The position numbers and the translations under genes are program-made. Positions 38,531-51,400 of a stretch of DNA of 64,000 nucleotides are shown piece by piece. The DNA comes from Torpedo marmorata (lineage: Eukaryota): NCBI GenBank assembly GCA_977017645.1, contig OZ360249.1, positions 6,510,001 to 6,574,000 of the forward strand. The letters run 5' to 3'. The notes beneath the pieces were generated by a model. It did not search any database. It was not told the DNA's origin and worked only from the letters and a program-made list of their open reading frames with translations. Within the stretch, counting starts at the first letter, position 1; each line of letters opens with the position of its first letter.

Positions 38531-38899
38531 GGATTTTTCCTGCAAAACAATAGGATAGATTTGGGATATTTGAAAGTTCATTCTGTCCTGGAACTGCTTA
38601 ATTAAGAAAGGTCTCACCTCCCTGATACTTTGCTTCCTCCTGCCTTACTTTGCCTGCTTGAAACTCACTGGTCTTCCAAAACAAGGAGTTGTCTACAACT
38701 GAATGTTGTGGACTGGCATGTTCCAAGGTCTAGGACCACATACTGAGGTGCAGCTATCACTTGGTATTACCTAATCAATACTTCCAGGTTTATTAATTCT
38801 TCTCTCCCACTTTTTCATCTTTTTTTCATCTGAATTTTCTCATTTAAATGCAAGTAATCTTGTATTCTTGTGTCAATGTCGCTCAAAGTCTCGATGATA

Positions 38900-39500
38900 T
38901 TTAAGGTGAGTGGAAGAAAGTTTAGGGACATCAGAGGTAAGTTTTTTTTTACACAGAGTTGTGGGTGACTGGAATATATTGCCAGGGGTGGTGGTAGAGG
39001 CTGGTACAATAGGGACATTTAAAAGTCTCTTAGATAGGCACATCGATGTTAGAAAAATAGAAGGTTATGGGCGTGAGGTTGGGACGGGTTAGATTGATGG
39101 TGGAGTAGGTATATATATATCTATCTCTATCTATATATATNNNNNNNNNNNNNNNNNNNNNNNNNNNNNNNNNNNNNNNNNNNNNNNNNNNNNNNNNNNN
39201 NNNNNNNNNNNNNNNNNNNNNNNNNNNNNNNNNNNNNNNNNNNNNNNNNNNNNNNNNNNNNNNNNNNNNNNNNNNNNNNNNNNNNNNNNNNNNNNNNNNN
39301 NNNNNNNNNNNNNNNNNNNNNNNNNNNNNNNNNNNNNNNNNNNNNNNNNNNNNNNNNNNNNNNNNNNNNNNNNNNNNNNNNNNNNNNNNNNNNNNNNNNN
39401 NNNNNNNNNNNNNNNNNNNNNNNNNNNNNNNNNNNNNNNNNNNNNNNNNNNNNNNNNNNNNNNAACATCATGGGCTGAAGGGCTCTTATGTGCTCTACTT
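38900..39500 (+). mobile_element. CR1 3' fragment with TA/TCTA microsatellite, spanning a gap
   Basis: FFTQRVVGDWNILPGVVVEAGTIGTFKSLLDRH-type ORF2 end; tail acatcatgggctgaagggc after the gap. Confidence 0.8.
39141..39463. other. Assembly gap (323 N)
   Basis: Run of N. Confidence 0.99.
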
Positions 39501-40048
39501 TTTGTTCATTACTTTAATGTAAAAATTCTAGAAGCTTCCAGCTTGGTAGCCATGTGGAGTGTCTCAGTGGGAAACTCTCTTACTGGAGTCATCACCAATG
39601 CTCCTCCCTGTATGGTTTCAAAGCAATGTCTGTTCTCCAAAGAACCTATTAGTGCAACAAACTTAACACTACTCAAATGTTCGAAAAATGTATATGAATT
39701 CCCTCTGGAATTGTGATCTGCTGTCTCAATTGTTTCACTTACTGCAACAAAGAAATGGTTGGCCATCAGTAGATGGATCTGTTTATCCCAGAGGTCATTC
39801 TCCTGATCAGAACGCCAATTCCCTAATGATTTCAAAGTGAAAGTACTGTCATGATCCAAATGAGAAGACGACTCTCAAAATATATTTCAATGAAATGTTT
39901 TCTCTGGTACCATAGATTTCTAGTTGAAAGTGCCAAACCTGTATGTTTTCATAGCTTAAATGCTGACAAAGGGAAGTATTTTAATTCAGATATATTGCTC
40001 TATTCATAAAATGTGCAAATGTCTTTAACACTATGCCACGGTCAGCAT

Positions 40049-40300
40049 AGGGTGGCACGGTTAGCGTAGCGGTTAGCACAACACTGTTACAGTGCCAGCA
40101 ACCGTGGTTTGAATCCAGTGCCGTCTGTAAGGAGTTTGTATGTTTTCCCCGTGTCTTTGTGGGTTTCCTCCGGGTGCTCCAGTTTCCTCCCACTGTTCAA
40201 AATGTACCGGGGTTGTAGGTCAATTAGGTGTAATTGGGCGGCACGGGCTCGTGGGCCGAAAGGGCCTGTTAGCATGCTGTATGTCTAAATTTAAAAATAA
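40049..40300 (+). mobile_element. V-SINE (HE1-like)
   Basis: Consensus match. Confidence 0.9.
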
Positions 40301-40769
40301 ACTACATTTATATGTTGCCATTCTCAATGCAAGCCATATCATTCTATTTACATAGTATCGGGACAAAGTTCATGAGGAAACTGTGTGAGGATATTAGCTT
40401 TACAGAGGTTCCATTTCCTAAGAATGCAAATGTTGGAGAGTCTTAAACTCTAGTCCTTCCCCTGACAGCCTTAGTGGTGGCTGCACCGATTTTCAACGTG
40501 CTCCACAGTACATATTCCTAAACTTTGAATTTGCCTGTCCACAACATTCATTCATTGACAGCTCCTTGTTCTGGAAAAGCCATTCTCAACTTTATCTTGG
40601 CTATGTCCCCCTTAGCAGTCAAGTTTAGTTGGTTACTTCCGTACTTCTGTCCTACCGACTATATAAGAAACATAAAACATATTTTATGATTTCAGTCCGT
40701 GGCCCCCCCCCCCCCCCTTAAATGTGCTGTGGCCCCCAAGGGGGCTGTTGAGAATGGCTGTTCCAGAAG

Positions 40770-41340
40770 ATCAGCAGATTTTGGGCAAACACAAAAGCGT
40801 CTTTCACCGAATTGATAATCGTTCAGCATCAGTGGGGGCTTGTCTTGATATGTGTCCTTGGGAGCAGCCTATAGAGTGTTTGGATGAAACCAAACAAAAA
40901 AAAAACATTGCATCTCTTTCCAGACTTTCTTGGCATTTATGCATTCCAGACAATGATGAATGATAACCTCAATGCCAAGCACAGCCACCGTGAGGGCACT
41001 GTGTTGGCACTGAGATGCCAGTCGTGCAAGAAGGGTTTGAACAGGAAGGCTCTGATCACCACCAACCGAGTGCTTGGTGCTTGTCTGAGATGCCTGGTGT
41101 TGCAAGATTCTGACAAATGACTTTGACAATCTGCTTGTGGAAAACATCCAACCACCTCGTTTATCCCAGAGCTTGGAGGACATTCCATGCTGTCCACCGA
41201 GCGATTAACTTGTGGCAAAATGTGTCCTTCAGCACAAGCTTTGTTCTGCAAAGGATGTGCTGGAAAAAGGGTGATAAAGGAATGCGGCAAGGTGTGTCTC
41301 TGCTCTTCCTGTGGAGAAACTTTGTAAAAATGACCAACAT
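40770..41340 (+). mobile_element. Ancient RTE-like LINE remnant
   Basis: Broken motifs: DNLNAK (GDFNAR-like), LITTN, CWKKGD, QGVSLL (KKGD...NYRGISLL-like). Confidence 0.45.
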
Positions 41341-42904
41341 CAATCAGTAGTTGGTCACTGTGCACTGAAGATTTGCAGTACATGTAGATTTTTAAGAAGA
41401 AAAAATAAAAAAAAGAAAGTCCAATCCAGCTACTATGCCAGAGGATAATCTGACTGTGTGGCCCTGACATGCCGTGTCATTATGGAGAAGCGGAAATTCA
41501 ACTAGGGCTATCATTCCGTACTTGGGCCAAGCAAAGTGAGAGGTCATGCCTGTGAAGGGATTGTTTAAAGTAGATTTCCTTGGGCTCACTCATGTGACTC
41601 CCTTCAGCTGCATATATCTAACTCCTAATCTTCAGATAAGCATGATTATCCCAGGAATGGCTGTTGTTGAGGCTTTGTAATGGCTGCAAGGACCCTTTGA
41701 TGCTGGGCTTTGTGGTGGTGCTGTGCTGATTTTTTTTCAATGCTTTGGATACGTTTTTGGGCATGTTACTGCATCTCTTTTGCTCTCCCTGGCAAGAATC
41801 TTGCTTTTATCTTTCCTTTTTCCCTTTGTTGTGCTGTGTGTTCTCTCTGTGCACAAAAGGAGGAATAGGATAAAACCTTCCTGTAAGAAGGATGTGCTAC
41901 TGTGTAAGAGAAGCACTTGCTCAATTGATCTGATCCATCTTGATTTTTCAGAACACTAAAACAACTCCTTTGCTGAGTCCACAGGGACTGTGATATGTGA
42001 GATTCCGTTAAATAAAAATCATTTTCTCCAAAGATGTAAGGCTGGAAAAATCTCAAGTGCACGAGAATGTGGTGAAAGAATGGATCTCAGTAATTGCTGT
42101 GAAAGTACAATAAACAAAGGGATTTGATGATGATTAAATCAGAGGCCACTGGGGCCAGGCACAGATTAAAGACTGCAGGTTAAAAAAGGCCTGTATAACA
42201 TTGTGTCCTAGACATGCAGTATAAATTAGAGCATGGGACAAAAGTATTCAGAAGGTCAATGCACCATCCCCTTTAAAAGAGACCATCTTAAAACTGACGC
42301 TGCTCCCGAATAGTTTCTTTCTCAAACTTAGGAACATGAGGTGCACATCAGAGGGGGCTTGACGCTTGTGCATGAGTGTTTTTTTTTCCCCCCCTGTGTA
42401 ACCCCAAATGCTTTCGCAGCAACCCTGGTCTGTTTTGAAGTTGTCAGCGAGTACAATCATGTAAATCAGCACAGTTAGGGGAGGACACCACAAAATGCCT
42501 GGATAATGTTGGAAACACACTCCAGCATGGCCAGTTGGAAAGGGCTCTAGGCACTGATTCATCGGTAAACCACAGAACCTGAGACTACACCATGGGGCCC
42601 AGTCTCATGGATGCTTAATGGAATGCCTTCTCTCTGCTGAACATTAGTTGTAAAATGGGTTAAGGGCTGCATTAAAACAGCAGAGAGAAGAGCTTCAGAG
42701 GAACATGCCTGCACCCCACAGAGTAACATCAGGGCCTAACACATTAAAATATGCATCCATTAAGTTTGAAACAAGCAGGGATTCATAGATGCCACTTCAC
42801 AGCAAAGCACAGCTTTACAAGGAAGATGAAAAGCCGCTCAGAGATAAAGGCAGCAAAATATTCCAGGTACAACTGGATCTTGACAAAGGGTTTCACCTCA
42901 AATG

Positions 42905-43010
42905 CACGTGTTTTTTTTTATTGTTCTGCACCGTGTACCGGAGAACGCTGTTTCGTCGGGTTGCACTGGTACATTCAGATGACAAATAAACTTGAACTGA
43001 ACTAAACTGA
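42905..43010 (+). mobile_element. Rex1-type 3' tail
   Basis: accggagaacgctgtttcgtcgggttg...cagatgacaaataaacttgaactga, same as 63075-63156. Confidence 0.8.
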
Positions 43011-43015
43011 ATTAT

Positions 43016-43625
43016 GTGAAACACGGAAGTCTGCAGACGCTGTGATTGTAGTAAAAACACACCAAAATGCTGGGGGAACTCAGCCGGTCTTTCAGCGTCC
43101 ATAAAAGACAAAGATATATTGCCGACGTTTCGGGCCTGAGCCCTTCTTCAAGGAATAAGCAGGATGAGCCAAAAGCAGGAAATCTCCGAATTCAGACAAT
43201 GCTGGCTAGGGGAGGAGTCCAGACCAACAAAAGGTGTTAATTGGATATGATAAGGGGAAAGGTGATAATTTATCATGTCTGTGCGAAAGAAGACGGGGAA
43301 AAGGGAGAGACAGAGCTGGGGGAAGGTGACGGGGGGAAGAAGTGAGGGGGGTTGGGGGTTTTAACAAAAGCCAGAGAAGTCGATATTAATGCCACCCGGT
43401 TGGAGGGTGCCCCGTTGGAAGATGAGGTGTTGTTCCTTCAATTTGCAGGTGGTCTCAGTCTGGCAGTGCATGAGACCGTGGACAGATATGTCAGCAAGGG
43501 AATGGGATGGGGAATTGAAATGGGTGGCCAACGGGTGATACACGTTATTGCGGCGGGCAGAGACGAAGTGCTCAACAAAGTGATCTCCCAGTCTGCGCCC
43601 AGTCTCTCTGATGTAGAGGAGACCG
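43016..43625 (-). mobile_element. PLE 3' fragment (GIY-YIG plus pseudo-LTR)
   Basis: GLLYIRETGRRLGDHFVEH...LATHFNSPSHS...LIFQRGTLQPGGINIDFSGF. Confidence 0.9.
43117..43157 (-). ncRNA. Best-preserved minimal hammerhead motif (U3 variant)
   Basis: uauucc-UUGAAGA-A-GGGC(UCAG)GCCC-GAAA-CG-UC-ggcaaua. Confidence 0.75.
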
Positions 43626-43890
43626 CTGGCAGAGGAAGCAGTCAAACTGTGCTCCCTGTATACAAAGAGCTAAAAGTAAGATTTGAATGATTGTATTAAT
43701 TGGGAAAATTAGGAACAGGAAAAAGCCATTGAACCCCTTTAGCCTGTTTCTTCGTGCACTTAGATCTTGTTTTATGTCACCTCAACATCATTTAAGTACC
43801 TTTGATACATGTCCCTTGATATCTGACAGAGAAAATCTATTGACCTCAGTCTCAAATGCTTCAATTGTCCCTGCGTCAAGAGACTTACAA

Positions 43891-44018
43891 ATTAGGAGGG
43901 TTAGGGAGGGGAGGGAGGGCGGGGGGGTGAAAATGTATCACAAGTATTTTGCTAATTTTATATTTTACCTTATGTATTTTGTGATTTAAAATTTTAAATA
44001 AAATATTTTTTTTTAAAA
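43891..44018 (+). mobile_element. Very short L1-type 3' end with 12-bp TSD
   Basis: G-rich tract then AATAAA; TSD aagagacttaca at 43879-43890 and 44019-44030; similar to the reverse complement of 45937-46064. Confidence 0.75.
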
Positions 44019-45780
44019 AAGAGACTTACAGATTTCAAGGGTCAAAAGGACTGGTAAAGGAATTACTAGAAAATTGGGGTAAATATGGAAGCAACCTCGG
44101 TGAAAACCTCTTCCCATTTTCTTTTCTTCAGTAAAGAAACAACACGTGGTTGCAGAATTACATGTAACAGCAGTGTGGCCTGTGCAATCCTTTGGTCCTT
44201 AACCTTCATCTGAAACACCCTGAGCATTCCTGTTGCACAAAGCTCTGCATCAAGAATGTCAGGCTGTAATATAGCTGCAAAGATTCGGGCTTCTTTTCAA
44301 GTAGATCCTTTAAGCCGCGATGTGAATTGTATAAATAGGTAGAGAAGTATTTTTTACAAATGAATAAGAAAAATAATTTTAAAACATTGATAAGAAAAAT
44401 ATTCAGAAAATATGGGTTTCTTTTGGTGGAGGAAATAATAATTGATTGTGAGGGTAATTTTTTTGTCGGAACTGGGAGAGTGTTGTTTTCACCAGCATTG
44501 GCCTTTATTTGAATGATCCTTGATTATATATGCAGAGTGTGTGAGCACTGTCTGGCTTCATATAATAACGGGCAAAGTTTGTGAGCAATTAGAGGCCAGA
44601 GTTAGACTACACCCTTCTGCAGAGCCTTTCTGTGCTTCAGACAGGCCCTGGTTCAGACACACTGCACTGTGCTGTTGCCAGGAGCAATATGCCCGGGCCT
44701 GTGCTATGCTGTGAAAAAGCAGGGCCTGTCAAACTGTCTGACTTCAGCCGTAGCTGCGTCCCCCACACAGCTGGGCTCACGCATACCTCAGCCCTTGTTC
44801 AGAGCCTGGGAATGGCAAAGCCCGGTGAGGTTCAAGGGCAGGCTTGACAATCATTAGTGAGAGGGGGCCCCGCCGTTCCCACTCTCTCTCTTTTCTCTAT
44901 TGACACATTCATGGATGTCTTCAGAGCGGCCCACACTGATCCCTCTGAATTGATACCTCATCACACCTCATGCACGCATGCATAAGCTTGGTGATTGAAC
45001 AGAGTGTTCCGAACAATGTCTCCCTGTGGCTATTCAGTGGCGAGGCCCTGTTCAGCTCCGAGTGTCCCCTCTGGTCTCTTGAGAAGCTTCTCACTCTCTC
45101 TGTGTGAGTGAGTAAGCAGGGCATGGTGAGTGATACTACCATACACATGCAACACAACAATGCCTGTTCCCTTTCCCTGTTGCCACTTCCACGAATGAAC
45201 TCAGTGTGAATATCTTTAAATAGATTAACAATTGTACATTTTTATAAATTTTATAAGGCTTGCTTGTTTATTTCATTTAGGTTAACCCTCAAAGGAGTGG
45301 GCAGGAGCTCATGCCAAATAACATTTTGGATAGCAATAAGGTTCCCATCATCTTATAGCAACACAGGCAATCTTGACAACCCTAAAGCCAATAGCAGAAG
45401 GAAATAAAGTTGAAACTTAAAAAGCCATGCATGCTGGAAACCTGGAATATAACCTGAAAATGCCCGATACTTACACTTCATTGATTGAACAGAAAGAAGT
45501 ATTTCAGGGAAACTCCCACCTCAATTTTTATTTCAAATGGAACATCTATGCTGAGAAGTATAGTAAAATAGAGATAATCTGCTTAGCTCCCTGTGGAAGG
45601 CATTCATATATATATAAAACATTCATATATATAAAACAGCAAACAGATGATTAGGGTTATCAGTTACAATTAGGTCAGGGAAGATTATTAGGTTTTCAGT
45701 ACGGCTGTACAAACATGGAAAATAGATGCCCATACAAGTGCCATAACTGGTGTCCTATCATTAACGATTGTTCACTGTAC

Positions 45781-46572
45781 TTTTTTTTTTTTTGTTGAAT
45801 ATTTTATTTTAAATTTTAAATTTTCACACAGTAATACATACATGAATAATATACATTGTTAACTTCAGAAAAATCTTTTATAGTTATATTGTATAACATA
45901 GTGTATCTACCCCTTCCCTTAACCCCCCCAAACTCTTTTTTATTTTATTTAAATATTTAAATCACAAAATACATAGAATAAAATGCATATATTTGAAAAT
46001 ACATGTGATATACATTTTCTCCCCTCCTTCCCACCCTCCCCTCCCTAACCCCTACATCCCCACTACTCTAAAAAAAAAAAAAAATAGTAAAAGAGAAAAA
46101 GAAAAAAGAAAGATAGAAAAATAGAGTGAGGAGAAAACAAGCTACAAACTAATTCTACCATAGAGGTTATTTTCGCCAGTGGATCCGATATCCAGAGAAT
46201 TTAAATTGTTAAACCCATAATTCTCATATATGGGCCCCAAATTTTCAAGAAAAAATGATATTTATTACGCAAATTATAGGTAATTTTTTCTAATGGTAAT
46301 TCTGCATGCCATCTTTCTAAATTTAAATCTACATCTGACTTCCAAGTAATAGATATACACTTTTTCGAAACTGCTAAAACTATACGTAAAAATTCTACCT
46401 GATACATATTTAATCTATTTCTAATACTAAATTTTCTAATATCTCCAAATAAAAATAACATAGGATCCATCGTAAACACAACATTAAAAATTCTCTCTAA
46501 AAAATTCTTAACTTTCAACCAAAAGTCTTGAAATTTTGAACATAACCATGTACAGTGAACAAAAGAGCCTAT
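45781..46572 (-). mobile_element. 5'-truncated L1 (ORF2 C-terminus, 3' UTR, polyA) with TSD
   Basis: GSFVHCTWLC...FW...AVSKKCISITWKS...PLEKITYNLR...KIWGPY; TSD ttgttcactgtac at 45768-45780 and 46573-46585. Confidence 0.9.
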
Positions 46573-47579
46573 TTGTTCACTGTACTTTTTGTCGAGAAGC
46601 TTAAATTGAGAAATCTTGTAGAGGGCAGTATTAAGAATGACAAATGGGAAAAAAAGATAGAAGATTTTAATGCCAGTTATTAGTTCTTAGGAAGTGTAGA
46701 AATCTGTTGACATGGAAGTAAGAAGACGCCAAAAATTTCATTATGCACAATTGGAGCAATCTGAAAAACAAGGTTGTTTATTCGTGGAAACATATGTGCA
46801 ATCTGCATGGATACCTAGGGGAGATGATTTGGTAGTAACCCTTAGTAATTTACAACAGAATCTAGACCTCAAAATTAAAAATGAGCTTTTGTTCCCCAAT
46901 CTTATATAATGTAATCAATCAATATTATTAAAATTAAATTATTAAATATTAAATATCTTATATTGACTGTTGGCTTTAACTGAAGGTACATTTCATACTT
47001 TGCAATAATTACAACTGTTGTGATGATATTGAGTTTCAGGATGCATGTTTTTAATTATTGAAAGCTTCTGGCAGGCAGGCAGGGTTTGCAGTGGGATATC
47101 TGGATGTTGAAAAAGCAGCAGAGAATGTGAAGAAAGTAGAATATACTCAGGGTAAGGGCTTTCAATGATCTCTCCAATAGTTATTAAACACATTAAGAAA
47201 GTATGTGGACATTCACATAATATGTCTCTGTTTAAAGTTCCCCTCGAAATGCAGTCGAATTTAAATCCCTTCATATGCCCTTGAATTAGAAAGAAAGGCT
47301 TACATTTTTATACTTCCTGTCATAACATCCTAATGTATGTAACTGCCTATGAAATACTTTTGAAGTATAGTCACTGTTGTAATGAAGAAAACATTATATC
47401 CTGCACAAAGATGGATTTTTTAACTGGCTGACTCAGATCACCAAACAAAGGGAAGTTAAGGAGTTATTAAACATGAGTAATCTCCTAGAATAATTCTGAT
47501 TGCCTAGAGTCAGAGGGAAAAAAATCCTTGACTGTTTCATTCAAACTGGCTTCCATTTTCAACAGTTTCATTGTCTGTT

Positions 47580-48450
47580 AAGACCATAGGAGCACCTATC
47601 GCATCCTATGGATTACTTAAGGTGGTATGTGAGTGAAAAACAAAGGTTGAGAACCACTGACGTAGGAGCAGAAATAGTCTATTCAGCCCATCGAGTCTGT
47701 CCCGCCATTTCATCATGAGCTGATTCATTTTCCCACAGCCTTACTGCCTGGCCTTCTCCCCATAACCTTTGATGCCCTGGCTAATCAAGAACCTATCAAT
47801 CTCTACCTTAAATACACCCAATGACTTGGCCTCCACAACCGCCTGTGGCAACAACTTCCACAGATTCACCATCCTCTGGCTAAAGAAATGCCTCTGCATC
47901 TCTATTCTAACTGGATGCCTTTCAATCTTTTGTCCAAGAGCAGCTTTTTCTTTCCACTCACATACCACCTGAAGTAATTCCTTACTAACCACAGAGCACC
48001 AATAAAGTGATATGTGAGTGGGCGGGAAAAAATAGTTTGAGAACCACTGCGGGCCTAGACACTCCCTCTATTTCTACAGTGGTAATTCTGCCTCGCCCGC
48101 AGGAAAAAAGAATCTCAGGGTTGTATGTGATGTTATGTATACTCTGACAATAAATCTGAAATCTGAAAATCTACTCTGTCCATGCCTTTCAACATTCAAA
48201 ATATTTCAATGAGATCCCCCCTCATTCTTCTCAATTCTAACGAGTACAGGCCAAGAGCTGTCAAAATCTCCTCATATGATAACCCTTTCATTCCCAGAAT
48301 CATCTTGTGAGCCTCCTCTGAAACCTCTCCAAAGTCAGCACAAATGAGGAGCACAAAATTGCTCACAATACTCCAAATGAGGTCTCACCAGCGCCTTTTA
48401 AAGCCTTAACATCATATCCCTTGCTCTTATTTTCTATTCCTGTTGAAATG
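47580..48450 (-). mobile_element. CR1 3' fragment with nested mini-MITE pieces (~47608-47659, ~47945-48049) and a Rex1 tail (48065-48170, +)
   Basis: FFSQRMVNLWKLLPQAVVEAKSLGVFKVEIDRFL; tail taggagcagaaatagtctattcagcccatcgagtctg. Confidence 0.85.
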
Positions 48451-48455
48451 TTGCA

Positions 48456-51400
48456 GGTACTTAAATGCACGGAGCATTAGAAATAAAGTAGATGACCTTG
48501 TTGTGCAGATACAGATTAAAAGTTATGACATCACCGAGACATGGCTTAATGATGGATGTGATTGGGAGCTGAATGTCCAAGGGTACACAGTGTATAGGAA
48601 AGATAGGCAGGTAGGTAGAGGGGGAGACGTGGCCCTGATGGTAAGCAATGATATTAAATCACTAGAAAGAAGGGACATAGGGTCAGATGTGGTAGAATCC
48701 TTATGGGTTGAGTTAAGAAATGGCAAGGGTAAAAGGACCCTATTAGCAGTTATATACAGGCCCCCAAACAGTAGCCGGGAAGTGGACTACGAGTTACAGA
48801 TGGAAATAGAAAAAGCATGTCAGAAGGAAAATGTCAAAATAATTATGGGGATTTTAACATGAATGGAGATTGGGAAAGTCAGGAAGGTACTGGATCTCAG
48901 GAGAGAGAGTTTGTAGAATGCCTAAGGGATGGCTTTTTGCAACAGCTTGTTGATAAGCCCACCAGGGGATCAGCGGTTTTGGATTGGGTGATGTGTAATG
49001 AACCTGAGGTGATTAGGGAATTAAAGGTATTGGAACCCTTAGGAAGTAGTGATCATAATATGATTGAGTTCAGTTTCAAATTTGAAAAGGGAAAGCTGAT
49101 ATCAGGTGTGTCAATATTTCAGTGGAACAAAGGAAATTACAGTGGTATGAGAGAGGAACTGGCCCAAGTTGACTGGAAAAGCAAGCTAGATGGAGGGACG
49201 GCAGAGCAGAATTGGATGATATTTCTACACAAATAAAGAAAGTACAGGATAGATATATTCCAAGAAAAAAGAAAATTATGAATGGAAAAATGGCACAAAT
49301 TCAAGATTCAAGATTCAATTTATTGTCATAGTAATAAGACAGTGTCATATTCCATGAAATTTCTTTTTGCCTGCAGCAAGGCAGACAGATTCACCACTGG
49401 CAGAAATTGCCTAAGCGCCTCTAACATTCCTTACAGTCAGAGAAAGAGAAGCAAAAGAGAGTCCCCCCAGAGTCACCGAGTGTCCATAGATTCGCCTCCA
49501 GCGCTTCTGCAGCCTCCGCAGCCACACAGAGTCCGGTCCAAAGCATCGGCAACCCGAGCTCCAGATCCGAACCTCCAACACGGTCAGGTCGCCCTCAACA
49601 CCCTCTCGCATCCCGGTTCCGATACCTGGTACTCCTCCAGCCAGTTCGAGCCAGCCTCCAGCAGTCTGCAGCCCAGCGTGAGTCCCCTGACAGCAGTCTC
49701 CAGCAGCCCACAGCCTTCGCGGGTTCCTTACCTCGAGTCGCCAGCAGCCCACCGCATGCAATGGTCCTTCAGCCTCAGAGCCCTTCACCGGTCCGCCGCC
49801 GTGGTCACCGTCCCGTGGGTCGCCTTCTCCGCTTCTCCTTCTCAGACGGGGGATGATCTTCCCGTCCTCTGGTGCCCTGCTCCAGTCCTCCGCTTCCTCG
49901 GAATCTGCAGCCCCTTGTGGCTGCTGCCGGTTAAAAGGCACTGCTATCTTGAGAGCAGACCCCGTGGTCGCGGGATCTTAAATAAAACCACCGTCGGCTC
50001 CATCCGTTCAAAGCCTGTGTGGAACCGACGGCAGTCGACTGGGTGGCTGGACCCTGCGGGAGCACTGTATCTCCGCTCCCTCGCTCCCCGCGGGTCCGCA
50101 CCAGTGGCAGAGCTGCCTCTACAGCGGAGAGGTTAAGGCTAAAATAAAAGCAAGGAAGCAAAAACTAGTGGAAAAACAGAGGACTGGGAAACTTTTAAAA
50201 ACACAGAAAGAGACAAAGAAAGTCATTAGGAAAGAAAAGATGAATTATGAAAGGAAGTTGGAAATTAACATACAAAAGGATACTGAGTTTTTTTTTGAAC
50301 ATATAAAGAGTAAAAGAGACACACGGGTAGATATAGGACCAATTGAAAATGATGCTGGAGGAATTATAATGGGTAACCAAGAGATGGCAGAGGAACTAAA
50401 TGAGTATTTTGCGTCAGTCTTCACTGAGGAAGACAATAGCAATATACCTGATAGACAGAGGTCTTAGGGAATAGAATTAAGTACAGTTAGGATTACTAGA
50501 GAGATAGTGCTTGGTAAGGTGAATGGACTAAAGATAGATAAGTCTCCCGGACCGGATGAGGTGCACCCCCGGTGGCTTTGGAGATTGTGGAGGCATTGGA
50601 AATGATTTTCCAGAAATCAATAGACTCTGGCATGGTTCCGGAGGATTGGAAGGTCGCAAATGTTGTTCCACTGTTTAAGAAAGTAGGGAGGCAGAAAAAA
50701 GGAAATTATAGGCCTATTAGTCTGACGTCAGTAGTTGGAAAGATATTGGAGTCGATCCTCAAGGACAAGGTTATGAAATACCTCGAGGTGAATGACATGA
50801 TAGGTCCAAGCCAGCATGGTTTCATGAAGGGAAGATCCTGCCTGACCAACCTATTGGAATTTTTTGAGGTAATCTCAGGTAGGATGGACAAGGGAGAGGC
50901 TGTAGATGTTGTGTATTTGGATTTTCAAAAGGCCTTTGATAAGGTGCCGCATAAGAGGCTGCTTAATAAGATGAGAGCCCATGGAATTACAGGAAAGATA
51001 TTAGATTGGGTGGAGCATTGGCTGATAGGCAGGAAGCAAAGGGTGGGAATAAAGGGATCCTGTTCTGGTTGGTTGCAGGTTACTAGTGGTGTTCCGCAAG
51101 AGTCGCTGTTGGGGCTGCTTCTTTTTACAATGTATATTGATGATTTAGATTATGGATTGAATGGTTTTGTGGCTAAATTTGCAGATGACACCAAGATAGG
51201 TGGTGGAGTAGGAAGTGTTGAAGAAACCAAAAGGTTGCAGAGAGACTTGGACAGCTTAGGAGAGTGGGCAAAGAAATGGCAGATGAGATACAATGTTGAG
51301 AAATGTACGGTTGTACGTTTTGGAAGAGGAAATAAACAGGTAGATTATTATTTGGATGGGAAGAAAATTCAAAATTCGGAAGTGCAAAGGGACTTGGGGG

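Noticed and set aside
49282-50136. 284-aa ORF (and similar ORFs at 61840-62514 and 55144-55821) as a novel protein
   Set aside because: Antisense to a GC-rich repeat; starts and frames differ between copies; low-complexity S/P-rich with no recognisable domain
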